DNA of 64,000 nucleotides from an uncultured Verrucomicrobiae bacterium (lineage in GTDB: Bacteria > Verrucomicrobiota > Verrucomicrobiia > Limisphaerales > UBA11358). The position numbers were made by a program, and so were the translations under genes. Positions 27,904 to 36,815 of this stretch are shown piece by piece (the stretch's first letter is position 1; every line of letters starts with the position of its first letter). The notes beneath the pieces are model-generated. The model made no database searches, had not been told where the DNA came from, and was given only the letters and a program-made list of their open reading frames with translations. Where the stretch lies: the NCBI GenBank assembly GCA_963802965.1, contig CAWDKS010000003.1, forward strand, positions 274,813 to 338,812, given 5' to 3'.

Positions 27904-28722
27904 GTGTTAAGCATTGGCATCAAAGAATTGTTGGATACGGGCGTCCATTTCGGACACCAAACGCGGCGTTGGAACCCCAAGATGAAGCCGTTCATCTTCG
28001 ACGCGCGCAATGGCATTCACATCATTGACCTCAGCAAAACCCTCGCCCAGCTCGAAGCGGCGTGCGACTTTTTGACCGCGACGGTGCGCAAGGGCGGCAA
28101 GGTGCTGTTCGTCGGCACCAAAAAACAGGCGCAGCAGGCCATCAAGGAAATCGCCGGGGAATGCGGCCAATTTTACGTCACCGAACGCTGGCTCGGCGGC
28201 ACGATGACAAATTTCAACACGCTCAAACGTTCCATCGCCCGGCTCAAGGAAATTGAAAAGATGGACGCCGATGGCTCGCTGGCCAGATACGGCAAGCAGG
28301 AACAGGCGGTCATCCGCCGCGAAGCCGCGCGCCTGCACAAATACTTCGACGGCATCCGCGAGATGGACAAGATTCCGGCGGCGATTTTTGTCGTGGACAT
28401 CAAACGCGAACACAACGCGGTGGCCGAGGCGCGCAAACTCAAGGTACCGGTCGTCGCCATCGTGGACACGAATTGCGACCCCGACCTCGTGGATTATCCC
28501 ATCGCGGGCAATGACGACGCCATCCGCTCGGTGCGGATGATTCTGGCCACCATCAGCCAGATCATCACGCGGGCGCAGGCGGAATATGAATCGAAACGCG
28601 CGCGCCGTCCGGCCTCGGAGGAAACCGCTCCGGTTGAAGCGCCGCCCGCCGCTGCCGCCACGGTGGAAACACCAGTCACTGAAATTGCGCCGGTCGGAGC
28701 GGTTCCGCCCGTGCTGTCTTAA
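27904..28722 (+). CDS. rpsB: 30S ribosomal protein S2
   Basis: GTG at 27904 after aaaggaaaa. Contains IKELLDTGVHFGHQTRRWNPKM, VPVVAIVDTNCDP and a Pro/Ala-rich tail. Confidence 0.9.
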   Translation: MLSIGIKELLDTGVHFGHQTRRWNPKMKPFIFDARNGIHIIDLSKTLAQLEAACDFLTATVRKGGKVLFVGTKKQAQQAIKEIAGECGQFYVTERWLGGTMTNFNTLKRSIARLKEIEKMDADGSLARYGKQEQAVIRREAARLHKYFDGIREMDKIPAAIFVVDIKREHNAVAEARKLKVPVVAIVDTNCDPDLVDYPIAGNDDAIRSVRMILATISQIITRAQAEYESKRARRPASEETAPVEAPPAAAATVETPVTEIAPVGAVPPVLS

Positions 28723-28736
28723 AATCTCCGGTTGCG

Positions 28737-28771
28737 CTCAACCCTCAACCCTCAACTCTCAACCCTCAACC
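28737..28771. repeat. heptamer tandem repeat (CTCAACC) x5
   Basis: ctcaaccctcaaccctcaactctcaaccctcaacc, ending 7 nt upstream of the tsf ATG. Confidence 0.8.
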
Positions 28772-28778
28772 GATTTGT

Positions 28779-29624
28779 ATGGCTCAAGTTACTGCTGCTG
28801 ACGTGAACAAGCTGCGCGAGATGACCAGCGCGGGCATGATGGATTGCAAACGCGCGCTCGTGGAAGCGAACGGCGACCTCAACGCCGCCGTGGACATCCT
28901 CCGCAAAAAAGGCCAGGCCACCGCCGCCGTGAAGGCCGCGCGCGAAGCCCGGGAAGGCGTCATCGCCCAATACATCGCGCCTGGCGGACAGCTCGGCGTG
29001 CTCGTCGAGGTCAACAGCGAATCAGATTTCGTCGCGCGCAATGATTTGTTCCGCGCCTTTTGCGATGACGCGGCAAAACGGCTCGCCGCGGACCCCAAGG
29101 CGGACTTGGAGGCCGACCGCGCGGCGCTCGTCGCCAAAATCCGCGAGAACATCAAAATCGCCCGGCACGCGCGCATGGAAGTGAACGGCAACGGGCTGAT
29201 TGCCGGTTACATTCACACCGGCGCGAAGGTCGGTGTGCTCGTCGAGGTCGGCGCCGGCAAGGCGGAGACCGTCGGCAAGGACGAATTCAAACAACTGGTC
29301 AAGGACATCACGCTGCAAATCGCGGCGGGCCATCCGCATGCGGTTTCGCGCGAGCAGGTGCTGGCGGACGTCATCGCCAAGGAACGTGAAATCGCCGCGT
29401 CCTCCGACCGGCTCAAGGGCAAGCCGCCGCAGGCGATGGAGAAAATCCTGCAGGGCGTCCTGGAAAAGTTTTACCAGACCTACTGTCTCGTGGACCAGGG
29501 CTTCGTGAAGCGCAATTCCGAGGTGAGCATGAAGGAACATGCCGCGCAAATTGCCAAGCAGCTCGGCGATGAAATCACCATCCGCCGCTTCGTGCGCTTT
29601 CAGGTCGGCGAAAGCCCGGCGTAA
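28779..29624 (+). CDS. tsf: translation elongation factor Ts
   Basis: VTAADVNKLREMTSAGMMDCKRALVEANGDLNAAVDILRKKG. Confidence 0.95.
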   Translation: MAQVTAADVNKLREMTSAGMMDCKRALVEANGDLNAAVDILRKKGQATAAVKAAREAREGVIAQYIAPGGQLGVLVEVNSESDFVARNDLFRAFCDDAAKRLAADPKADLEADRAALVAKIRENIKIARHARMEVNGNGLIAGYIHTGAKVGVLVEVGAGKAETVGKDEFKQLVKDITLQIAAGHPHAVSREQVLADVIAKEREIAASSDRLKGKPPQAMEKILQGVLEKFYQTYCLVDQGFVKRNSEVSMKEHAAQIAKQLGDEITIRRFVRFQVGESPA

Positions 29625-29657
29625 AACACTTCCGGCACTTCCGGACCAAATTGCAAG

Positions 29658-29688
29658 GCGTCCTCCGGGACGCTCTTTTGAGAGCGTC
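29658..29688 (+). terminator. possible tsf terminator (two overlapping GC hairpins)
   Basis: gcgtcc-tccg-ggacgc and gacgctc-ttttga-gagcgtc. No clear U tract follows. Confidence 0.35.
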
Positions 29689-29696
29689 TCAAAACT

Positions 29697-29774
29697 TGTA
29701 ACAGCGGACGTGAGTCCGCTCCAATCTTACGCGAATCTCAGGAAAAATGAGCCGGCTCACGCCGGCTGCTACAA
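29697..29774. repeat. palindromic ~78-bp element (twin GTGA-loop hairpins), intergenic copy
   Basis: tgtaacagcggacgtgagtccgctc...gagccggctcacgccggctgctaca. Same family as 9346-9418. Confidence 0.7.
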
Positions 29775-29950
29775 TGAGGGAAGGTTTTGAGATAGACTCT
29801 TTTCGTTTTCCCTGTGCCGCTTTGATTTGACGTTTCGCCGGGGGTGTTAAAAAATTTTCAAATGCTGCGCCCGCTCCAAATCGCAGGCATCCGGCGATGG
29901 ACACCTTTTTCGTTTGCAGCCGACAGTGGTGAACGAAAGCAAGCCAGGTT

Positions 29951-31351
29951 TTATTCCACCTTGTATCCCAGTTCGCGATATCGTTGCAATTTATAGAGCA
30001 GCGCGCGGCGGCTCAGGCCGAGCGCCCTGGCGGTTTCGGTGCGGTTGAAATCGTGCTGGCGCAGCGCCTGCATGATGGCTTGGCGTTCGATCTCCGCCAG
30101 CCGTTCCACGTCGGCGGTTTCCGGCGGCGGAGGATTTTCCGCGGCGGCGCGGACGCGGGTGGGCAGATGTTCCGGCAGAATCAGTTCGCTGCGGGAAAGC
30201 AGCACCGCCCGTTCCATGGCGTTGCGCAACTCGCGCACGTTGCCCGGCCACGGATACCGCTCCAGACAGGCGGCCACCGTGTCCGAAAACCGCGCGCGGC
30301 CTTTGGCAATTTCCTCGATGAACCGGCCGGCCAGCGGCAAAATGTCCTCGCGCCGTTCGCGCAATGGCGGGACGTTCAGCTCCACCACGTTCAGCCGGTA
30401 GAACAAATCCTCGCGAAAACGACCGCCTTTGACCTCGTCCTCCAGGTTGCGGTTGCTGGCGGCGAGGATGCGCGCGTTGGTGTGGATTTCACGGTTCGCG
30501 CCGACGCGCTGAAATCGCCCGTCCTGCGTCACGCGCAACAGCTTGGACTGAAGCGCGGGCGACATCTCGGCCACCTCGTCGAGAAAAATCGTGCCGCCGT
30601 TCGCCTCCTCAAACCGGCCAATGCGCCGGGCGTGCGCGCCGGTGAACGCGCCCTTTTCGTGCCCGAACAATTCGGCTTCGAGCAGCGTTTCAGGAATGGC
30701 GGCGCAGTTGACCTTGATCAACGGCCCCGCCGCGCGCGTGCTCCAGGCGTGGATGACATCCGCCACCACCTCCTTGCCCACGCCGCTTTCGCCGGTGATG
30801 AGCACGCGGGTTTCGGACGGCGCGATCAGGGAAGCGTCGCGGAACACCGTCTGCATGAGCGGACTGCGGGCAATCACAAAATCCGGCAGCCGTTGCTCTT
30901 CGTTGTATCGCAACGGAACGGACTTTGAAATGCCGATGGCCTGCCGCACCGAATTGAGCAGTTCATCCAGGTCAATCGGTTTGGCCAGATAATTGACCGC
31001 GCCATCGCGCATCGCGGCGACGGCATCGCGGATGTCGGTGAAGGCGGTGACGAGCAAAACCGGCAGCGCGACGTGTTCCTGGCGCGCACGGCGCAGCGTT
31101 TCGAGACCGGAAAGTCCCGGCATCCGCACGTCGGAAATCATCATGGTGAATTTCCCGGCGCGCAGCATTTCCAGGGCGCGTTCGCCGGAATCCGCCAGTG
31201 CGGTTTCAAAACCCTGGCTGCGAAGAAACGAATTCAGCAGGCTGCGCTGGCCGGGGTCATCGTCCACAATCAGGATGCGCGCTCCACCCTCCGCCGTATT
31301 GCCACCGGGGACGGACGTTTCAGCATGATTTTTGCGCGATTCGGCTGCCAC
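29951..31351 (-). CDS. sigma-54-dependent response regulator (NtrC family)
   Basis: Receiver domain (ILIVDDDPG...MISDVRMPGLSG), AAA+ domain (GESGVGKE, GAFTGA, ESELFGHEKGAFTG-like ELFGHEKGAFTGA) and a Fis HTH tail. Confidence 0.9.
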   Translation of the reverse strand: MAAESRKNHAETSVPGGNTAEGGARILIVDDDPGQRSLLNSFLRSQGFETALADSGERALEMLRAGKFTMMISDVRMPGLSGLETLRRARQEHVALPVLLVTAFTDIRDAVAAMRDGAVNYLAKPIDLDELLNSVRQAIGISKSVPLRYNEEQRLPDFVIARSPLMQTVFRDASLIAPSETRVLITGESGVGKEVVADVIHAWSTRAAGPLIKVNCAAIPETLLEAELFGHEKGAFTGAHARRIGRFEEANGGTIFLDEVAEMSPALQSKLLRVTQDGRFQRVGANREIHTNARILAASNRNLEDEVKGGRFREDLFYRLNVVELNVPPLRERREDILPLAGRFIEEIAKGRARFSDTVAACLERYPWPGNVRELRNAMERAVLLSRSELILPEHLPTRVRAAAENPPPPETADVERLAEIERQAIMQALRQHDFNRTETARALGLSRRALLYKLQRYRELGYKVE

Positions 31352-32014
31352 ACGGCAAGACTAGTCGAATCAACCACCCGTCAAAAGGGATTTTCAAAGC
31401 CGACGCTTCGACCCTGCCGTGGAAATCTGATTGATGCCACAACGGGCAAAGGTAATCCGTGAAACCCGCATCAACGTTTCCGGGTCTTCGCGTTTTTGCG
31501 CAGGAAAGCCGGTCAGGTGGAGGGTTTCAAGATTTGGATTTGGGGCCGGTCCAACTTCTTTATGGCCCCGTTGCCATTTACAAACTTGGCAATCTTCAAA
31601 GATGCGAAAGTTTTTTGAAAGATTCTGAATTCACGAACGTAAACGATAGTATCGGCGTCGTGTGTAATCACAGATTTGACGGATATGATGGTTTCACGAG
31701 CATAAAAGATGACAAAAAAGCGGCAAATCAATCGTGGAGCCACGCCGTTAACATTTTTGCCAGCTCCGATCCTGAGGGTATACAGGGGATTAAGGGGACA
31801 AAGGGAATGGGACGGAGCTGGTTTATCTAAAAAACAACAACATGCTGGCGTGGATGCCACGCAGCGGTGACGGAACAAAACGGAAATTGCATTCCCTTAC
31901 AACCTGTCATTTGCAAGAAACGAACATGACGGCTCACGTCCATTTCGCTTTTAGAAAACGACCTTTACGAACGGCAACTGCTTCCGAGTTTTTTCGCCGG
32001 CCAGCATTTCGGCC

Positions 32015-32476
32015 ATGACAAAGAAAATCAATCCCCCAAATACGAAAGCGGATCCACCCGGCGGGCACGGAAAAGTCCTGTTGGTCGAAGACGATGCTGA
32101 TGTCAGAATGGTCATGCGAGATGTTCTGAAGGCATCGGGTTATCACGTTTGGGAGGCTTCCAATGGCCTGGAAGCTTTGAATATTTGGAAGAAAAACGCC
32201 TCACAGATTGATTTGTTGCTGACCGATATTATCATGCCGGGCGGCCTTACCGGCTGGGAATTGTCAGACAGATTAAGGGAAGAACGGCCAAGCCTTAAAG
32301 TGATACTTGTGAGCGGCTATGGCCCCGATAAAACGGAAAAAAAACGCCCCCACAGCCTTATTTTACAAAAGCCTTTTTCATTGGAAAGCCTCACTGCAAC
32401 CGTGCGGGGCTGTCTGGACGCGCGCGCCGGCGCCGCTGAAATTATTCCGGACAAAATCGGGGACAGTTCCGTTTGA
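32015..32476 (+). CDS. stand-alone CheY-like receiver protein
   Basis: KVLLVEDDADVRMVM...DLLLTDIIMPGGLTGWEL...KVILVSGY. Confidence 0.85.
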   Translation: MTKKINPPNTKADPPGGHGKVLLVEDDADVRMVMRDVLKASGYHVWEASNGLEALNIWKKNASQIDLLLTDIIMPGGLTGWELSDRLREERPSLKVILVSGYGPDKTEKKRPHSLILQKPFSLESLTATVRGCLDARAGAAEIIPDKIGDSSV

Positions 32477-32515
32477 TGGGATGCAACGTTTGTCGCGCGG
32501 GCACGGAACTGACGG

Positions 32516-34522
32516 TCAATCCGCTTCCAGCGTTTTCTGCGTTTCCTGCAAGGCGCGGTGCATCTCCGCCGCCGAGGCATAGCGCTGCGCCGGGTCCGGC
32601 TGACAAGCCTTGAGGATGACGGTGTTCAATGGAAGGAAATCCGCCGGATCTTCGCTTTCGACCAGGGTCGTGGCAATCTCCGGGAAATAGGCCGCACTGC
32701 GGCCGGTGCCGAGCACGTAAAGCACCATGCCCAAAGCGTAAATATCCGCCTGCGCTGTGCCCGGACGTTCCGGTGGTGGCGGCATGTAGCCGGGCGTGCC
32801 CACCAATGTCCGCTCCTGGTCGGGAGGCCGGATTTCGGTGATAAGCCCCAGATCCGCCAGCTTGGGCTGGCCGTTGACAAAGATGATGTTCTGGGGCTTG
32901 ATGTCGCGGTGAGTAAGCCCCTGGCGATGGATGAAATCAAGGGCATCACTTAGTGCCAGCCCAATCCGCACACATTCCCGCACCGGCAGCCTTCGCCGGT
33001 GGGAACGGGCGCGTTCACTCACCAGATCACGCGGTTTGTAGGTGGAAGGCTCCTGTTCCCAACCCGGCTCAAGCGGGTCCCCCAGTTCCATGACGTAATA
33101 AAAATATCCCGCCTGCTTTTCACTGACAAATTCCACCCGCAACAGGCCGGGATGTTTGTCGGAGACCGGCTGGTATTTTTTGATGCCGTTGAATTCGCGC
33201 TCGTAGGGGTCGGTGTTCTGATCGAAGTTCGCCAGGTAAACCGCCTTCAACGCCCGCCATTGTCCGGCCGCGTTCCGTGCCAGCCAGACTTTTCCATAAG
33301 CGCCCTCGCCAAAGGGGGGATTGAACAATTCGTAATCGGGCGCATCCGGCAGTTCCTCGACTGCAGCCGCAACGCGGGGAAATGACAGGGAAACCGAAAC
33401 CGCCCTTTTTTCGAGCGCGCGACGGATCCCCAATGCCAGCGCCCAACCCAGGGCACAGGGCACCTGGCCGCCGACAATCACCAGCCAGGGAAACCAATAA
33501 TTGGTGAAGTAACTCCCTGTAATCGCCCCCAATGCCACCACCAGGGCAACCCCTCCCGCCGTCGCGCAAGCCAGCGGCCATCGCATCCGGCACAATCCGC
33601 CACCCAGCAACAAGCCACTGGTCACCAACATCAATGCCTCCAGCCACCAGGCCGGTCGTTGCAACCAGTCGCCATTCATCAGATTCAGAAAGGAGGTCAG
33701 CAGGATTTCGACGCCACCGGTTGCTTCGTCGGTCCAGCGCGTGTAGGGAGTGTTAAATTTGTCGGTTTCATCAACGCCGGGCACCGATGTTTCCGGCGCC
33801 GTGCCGATGAATACGACCTGTCCGCGGAAATAATTTGTTGGCTGATTCAGCGCGAACCGGTAACTCAACCTGGCCGCTGCGCCATCGCGACCATAGTAAC
33901 GCAACCACCGTTCCTGCGGGTTTTCACTCAATGATGCCCCGGCCAGCCGCGCGGCGGTCCAGGGCAGGCTCGGATAAGGCCCCGGCGAGGGAAACGGCCA
34001 GTGCCGGCGCACAATCGGGTGGGGATCGAGGCAGGCGACGCCCCAATTGGTCCCGGCAGCGTCGAGAAACAGTGCGGATGGCAATGTTGGCTGCGCACCG
34101 GCCAGCCCCGGGTATGTTACCTCCGCCTGCTTGGCCATCAACACGATGTGGTGTTGCCGCCGCATCGCCCCGGCCAGGGCTGCGTCCTGGGTTGGATCGT
34201 TCGTTTGTTTGAAAAAGGAATCAAATACCACGAGGGCACACCCGTCATCCGCCAGCCGGTTCAACAATTGGGCGTGCAATCCACGGTTCCACGGCTGTCC
34301 GCGGGTTTGGTGAAATTGATCGAACGCCTCATTGTCCATCAGGATCAGGGTCACCCGGTTCGTGACCGCGCGCGCTTCAAAGCGGAACAAATAATCGTAG
34401 CTGGCGTTCACCCAGGGTTCGCCCAGCGGCATCGTCCACAACATGAGACCGCAAAGCGCCGCCAACGCCGCACCCAGCGCGGATTTGGAAAATACACTTT
34501 GTCCGATGGCTTTAATCTTCAC
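32516..34522 (-). CDS. CHASE2 sensor domain Ser/Thr protein kinase
   Basis: N-terminal CHASE2 (VTLILMDNEAFDQF...VVFDSFF). TM segments lie at aa ~290-370. The Hanks kinase motifs are GEGAYGKVW, ALK, HRDIKPQNI and DLGL. Confidence 0.85.
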   Translation of the reverse strand: MKIKAIGQSVFSKSALGAALAALCGLMLWTMPLGEPWVNASYDYLFRFEARAVTNRVTLILMDNEAFDQFHQTRGQPWNRGLHAQLLNRLADDGCALVVFDSFFKQTNDPTQDAALAGAMRRQHHIVLMAKQAEVTYPGLAGAQPTLPSALFLDAAGTNWGVACLDPHPIVRRHWPFPSPGPYPSLPWTAARLAGASLSENPQERWLRYYGRDGAAARLSYRFALNQPTNYFRGQVVFIGTAPETSVPGVDETDKFNTPYTRWTDEATGGVEILLTSFLNLMNGDWLQRPAWWLEALMLVTSGLLLGGGLCRMRWPLACATAGGVALVVALGAITGSYFTNYWFPWLVIVGGQVPCALGWALALGIRRALEKRAVSVSLSFPRVAAAVEELPDAPDYELFNPPFGEGAYGKVWLARNAAGQWRALKAVYLANFDQNTDPYEREFNGIKKYQPVSDKHPGLLRVEFVSEKQAGYFYYVMELGDPLEPGWEQEPSTYKPRDLVSERARSHRRRLPVRECVRIGLALSDALDFIHRQGLTHRDIKPQNIIFVNGQPKLADLGLITEIRPPDQERTLVGTPGYMPPPPERPGTAQADIYALGMVLYVLGTGRSAAYFPEIATTLVESEDPADFLPLNTVILKACQPDPAQRYASAAEMHRALQETQKTLEAD

Positions 34523-34783
34523 CGCTGACTGAGTTTAGGAAATAACGGGAAGAAATCAGCGATTTTTTCCCATCCTCTGCTGAAAAGCGGAAAATGACGC
34601 GCGGCGGCCGGGCGGTTCGGTTTTTTTCATCATCATAATTCTGTCAAAAAGTCTGAAAGATTGGCCCGGATACTGCGTATTGCTGGATATTCGCCTGAGT
34701 GTAGAGAAAAACTGCTGTGTAGATTCTAGGGGTTGTCGGGCGCAGGGAGAACGACAGCAAAAACCCGTAAAACAAACAGACCT

Positions 34784-35512
34784 ATGAAAAAACATGTCCC
34801 TCAAATACCTCGTATCATTGCAATGGCGGCCGTCACCGGACTCCTTGCAATTGCAGTAAATACCGCTCGTGCCCAGTCGGCCGACCTTGTTGATCAATCT
34901 GTGTTTCCGACCATCACGGCCCAACCAGTGGACCAGGCCGTCACCGTGGGGTCGAGTGCCACCTTCAGCGTGCAGGCAGTCAATGGCGACACCTATCAAT
35001 GGCAGTCCAACGGGGTTGACATTGCGGGACAAACCAACAGCACGCTGACCCTGCAAAACGTCGGGGTCAATAACGCGGGATCATATTCTTGTAATGTTTC
35101 CCAGAGCGGCGGAGATCCTGTGCCGACCCGCGCGGCGTCTTTGAACGTGGTGCAGCCTCTTGATTTGGGCGGAGACCAGCTTGTTGTCTTTGGCTTTCCC
35201 AAGGCTAGTAATGGCACACTCGGCACCTGTCCGGGCACTTTCGTCGGCTATGTTAATTACACCAAGACCATTGCCCAAGGCTGGGGTTGGGTGCCTTTGA
35301 CCAATACCACAGTTTTTACGGCGGCTGATGGCAGCGGGCGGTTGGATACAAAAATTGGATATACGGGAAAATATGGCGATACCGGCTGCAATCAAACAAC
35401 CGTCACCATTCCCAATCCTCCATTCAGTCCCAGTTACAGATTCACCATCTATTTTCCGAGTAATGTGCCGACAACCAACTATCCCATCGTCCTGACCGGA
35501 TTTAATCCTTAA
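34784..35512 (+). CDS. secreted Ig-like (I-set type) domain protein
   Basis: Signal peptide MKKHVPQIPRIIAMAAVTGLLAIAVNTARAQ, then ITAQPVDQAVTVGSSATFSV...YQWQSNG...LTLQNVGVNNAGSYSCNV. Confidence 0.7.
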   Translation: MKKHVPQIPRIIAMAAVTGLLAIAVNTARAQSADLVDQSVFPTITAQPVDQAVTVGSSATFSVQAVNGDTYQWQSNGVDIAGQTNSTLTLQNVGVNNAGSYSCNVSQSGGDPVPTRAASLNVVQPLDLGGDQLVVFGFPKASNGTLGTCPGTFVGYVNYTKTIAQGWGWVPLTNTTVFTAADGSGRLDTKIGYTGKYGDTGCNQTTVTIPNPPFSPSYRFTIYFPSNVPTTNYPIVLTGFNP

Positions 35513-35608
35513 GCTTTTGGAAAGTGGGAATTAGGGGTTTCCAAAAAAACAAACCGGGCTGAACGAAAGTTCAGCCCGGTTTTCAGTTCCTTGGCAGCCG
35601 TGGGTAAT

Positions 35609-36051
35609 TCATCCGGCGGCAAAGTTGACGGTGTTGCTCGGTGGTGTGAGTGGATTCTCATCACCGTCCATCGGCACAATGTAAAACTTGTGGCCGGCCG
35701 CGTCCGCCGGATCATCGAAGTCAGTGGCCCAGGTGCGCAGAGCGCCTTGCACCTGTCCGAGGTTGCCTGTTTCGACGCCGTTTGCGCATTGTCTGATGTC
35801 GTCAATTTTGCCTGCGCCGTGGTGATGAGCGTGCCGAACGCCGTCAATGTTGGCGTGGGGGTTGCGAAGGTCGCGTTGCCCGTCAACGCGGTTTTTATAT
35901 CGCTGCATTTCTGAATGATTTCGCCATCCGACAAACGACTTAGATTTAACTTCACTTTAGCCATTTTTTTCCCTTTGGTTGTGGGCGCTATGACATCGTC
36001 ATAGAGCACGCCGCTGTCATAAGTGAGTCCAGGAGTGTCGTAAAATGCCAT
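35609..36051 (-). pseudogene. hypothetical gene apparently split by a frameshift near 35760
   Basis: ORF 35509-36051 reads MAKVKLNLSRLSDGEIIQKCSDIKTALTGNATF...KQATSD and then turns into implausible sequence. ORF 35609-35908 in another frame ends with a plausible ...GALRTWATDFDDPADAAGHKFYIVPMDGDENPLTPPSNTVNF. Confidence 0.35.
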
Positions 36052-36168
36052 AAGCGCCCTGAGTTGATTTTGCGCTTTTATTTCAACAAATTTTCCAAAA
36101 GCGTCAATCCACGGTTTTTGGTTTTCTTAAATCAAAATAATTCCAATGCTCATCGTCACGGGATGAGC

Positions 36169-36420
36169 GTTGACTGGAATCGAAAGCGTGTTGCGTAACC
36201 TGAAGCCTGTGCTGATGAGCAACGTATCTGTGTTAGTCAGCACACGATTTTCGCTGACTAGCACACCTTCTTTGCTGGTGAGCAAAACGTCCATGCTAAT
36301 CATCACAAGCCTCATGCCAACCAACAAAATTTCTGTGCTGACGAACATAAGGCTTATGCTGACGAACACAAGGTTTGTGCTAACGAACATAACAAAAATG
36401 TCAGTCAGAAAATGGCCGAT
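36169..36420. repeat. tandem array, 12 units of exactly 21 bp (consensus GCTGACGAACAnAAGGnTTnT), AT-rich
   Basis: Unit starts fall at 36169, 36190, 36211 ... 36400 with no indels. The array is covered by open frames on both strands (36170-36472 + and 36127-36483 -). Confidence 0.85.
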
Positions 36421-36637
36421 TTTGGCCGGAAACAAGGCCGTTTTGGAGAGAAAATTCGCCGGAACACCCTGAAAAACAAGCATTTAACCACGAATGTGAA
36501 ATATAGGCATGATTTCTTTGAAAGAATGATGATCCCTGGCGCGTAATAATGTTGTCCGACCGATTCAGAAGTTTAACCAGGACCACGTATGACAAAACCA
36601 CTAACGGCACTCATTTTAGTCTCAACACTGATTCTGG

Positions 36638-36815
36638 CTACGCCAATTTCTTCGCGATGTGCTCGTCCAGAATTTCCTGCACGGTCAGGGCAACGATGAC
36701 TTTATGACTGCGCTTGAAAAATGATTCGATTTCCTGCAACGCATCCGAAGAATAATCGAAGGATACGAAAAATCCCTTTTCGCAATCCTCGCGCATCATC
36801 ATGGCTTCAAAGGCG
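36638..36815 (-). pseudogene. C-terminal remnant of a beta-class DNA methyltransferase
   Basis: ...FEAMMMREDCEKGFFVSFDYSSDALQEIESFFKRSHKVIVALTVQEILDE resembles the C-terminal domain found after many N4/N6 MTase cores. There is no MTase core upstream of it. Confidence 0.5.

Noticed and set aside
31459-31878. ORFs 31459-31830(+) and 31513-31878(-) in an AT-rich patch
   Set aside because: The frames are mutually exclusive and have no family signal. A faint resemblance of the minus frame to RelE-like toxins (..DADTIVYVREFRIF..) is too weak to call.
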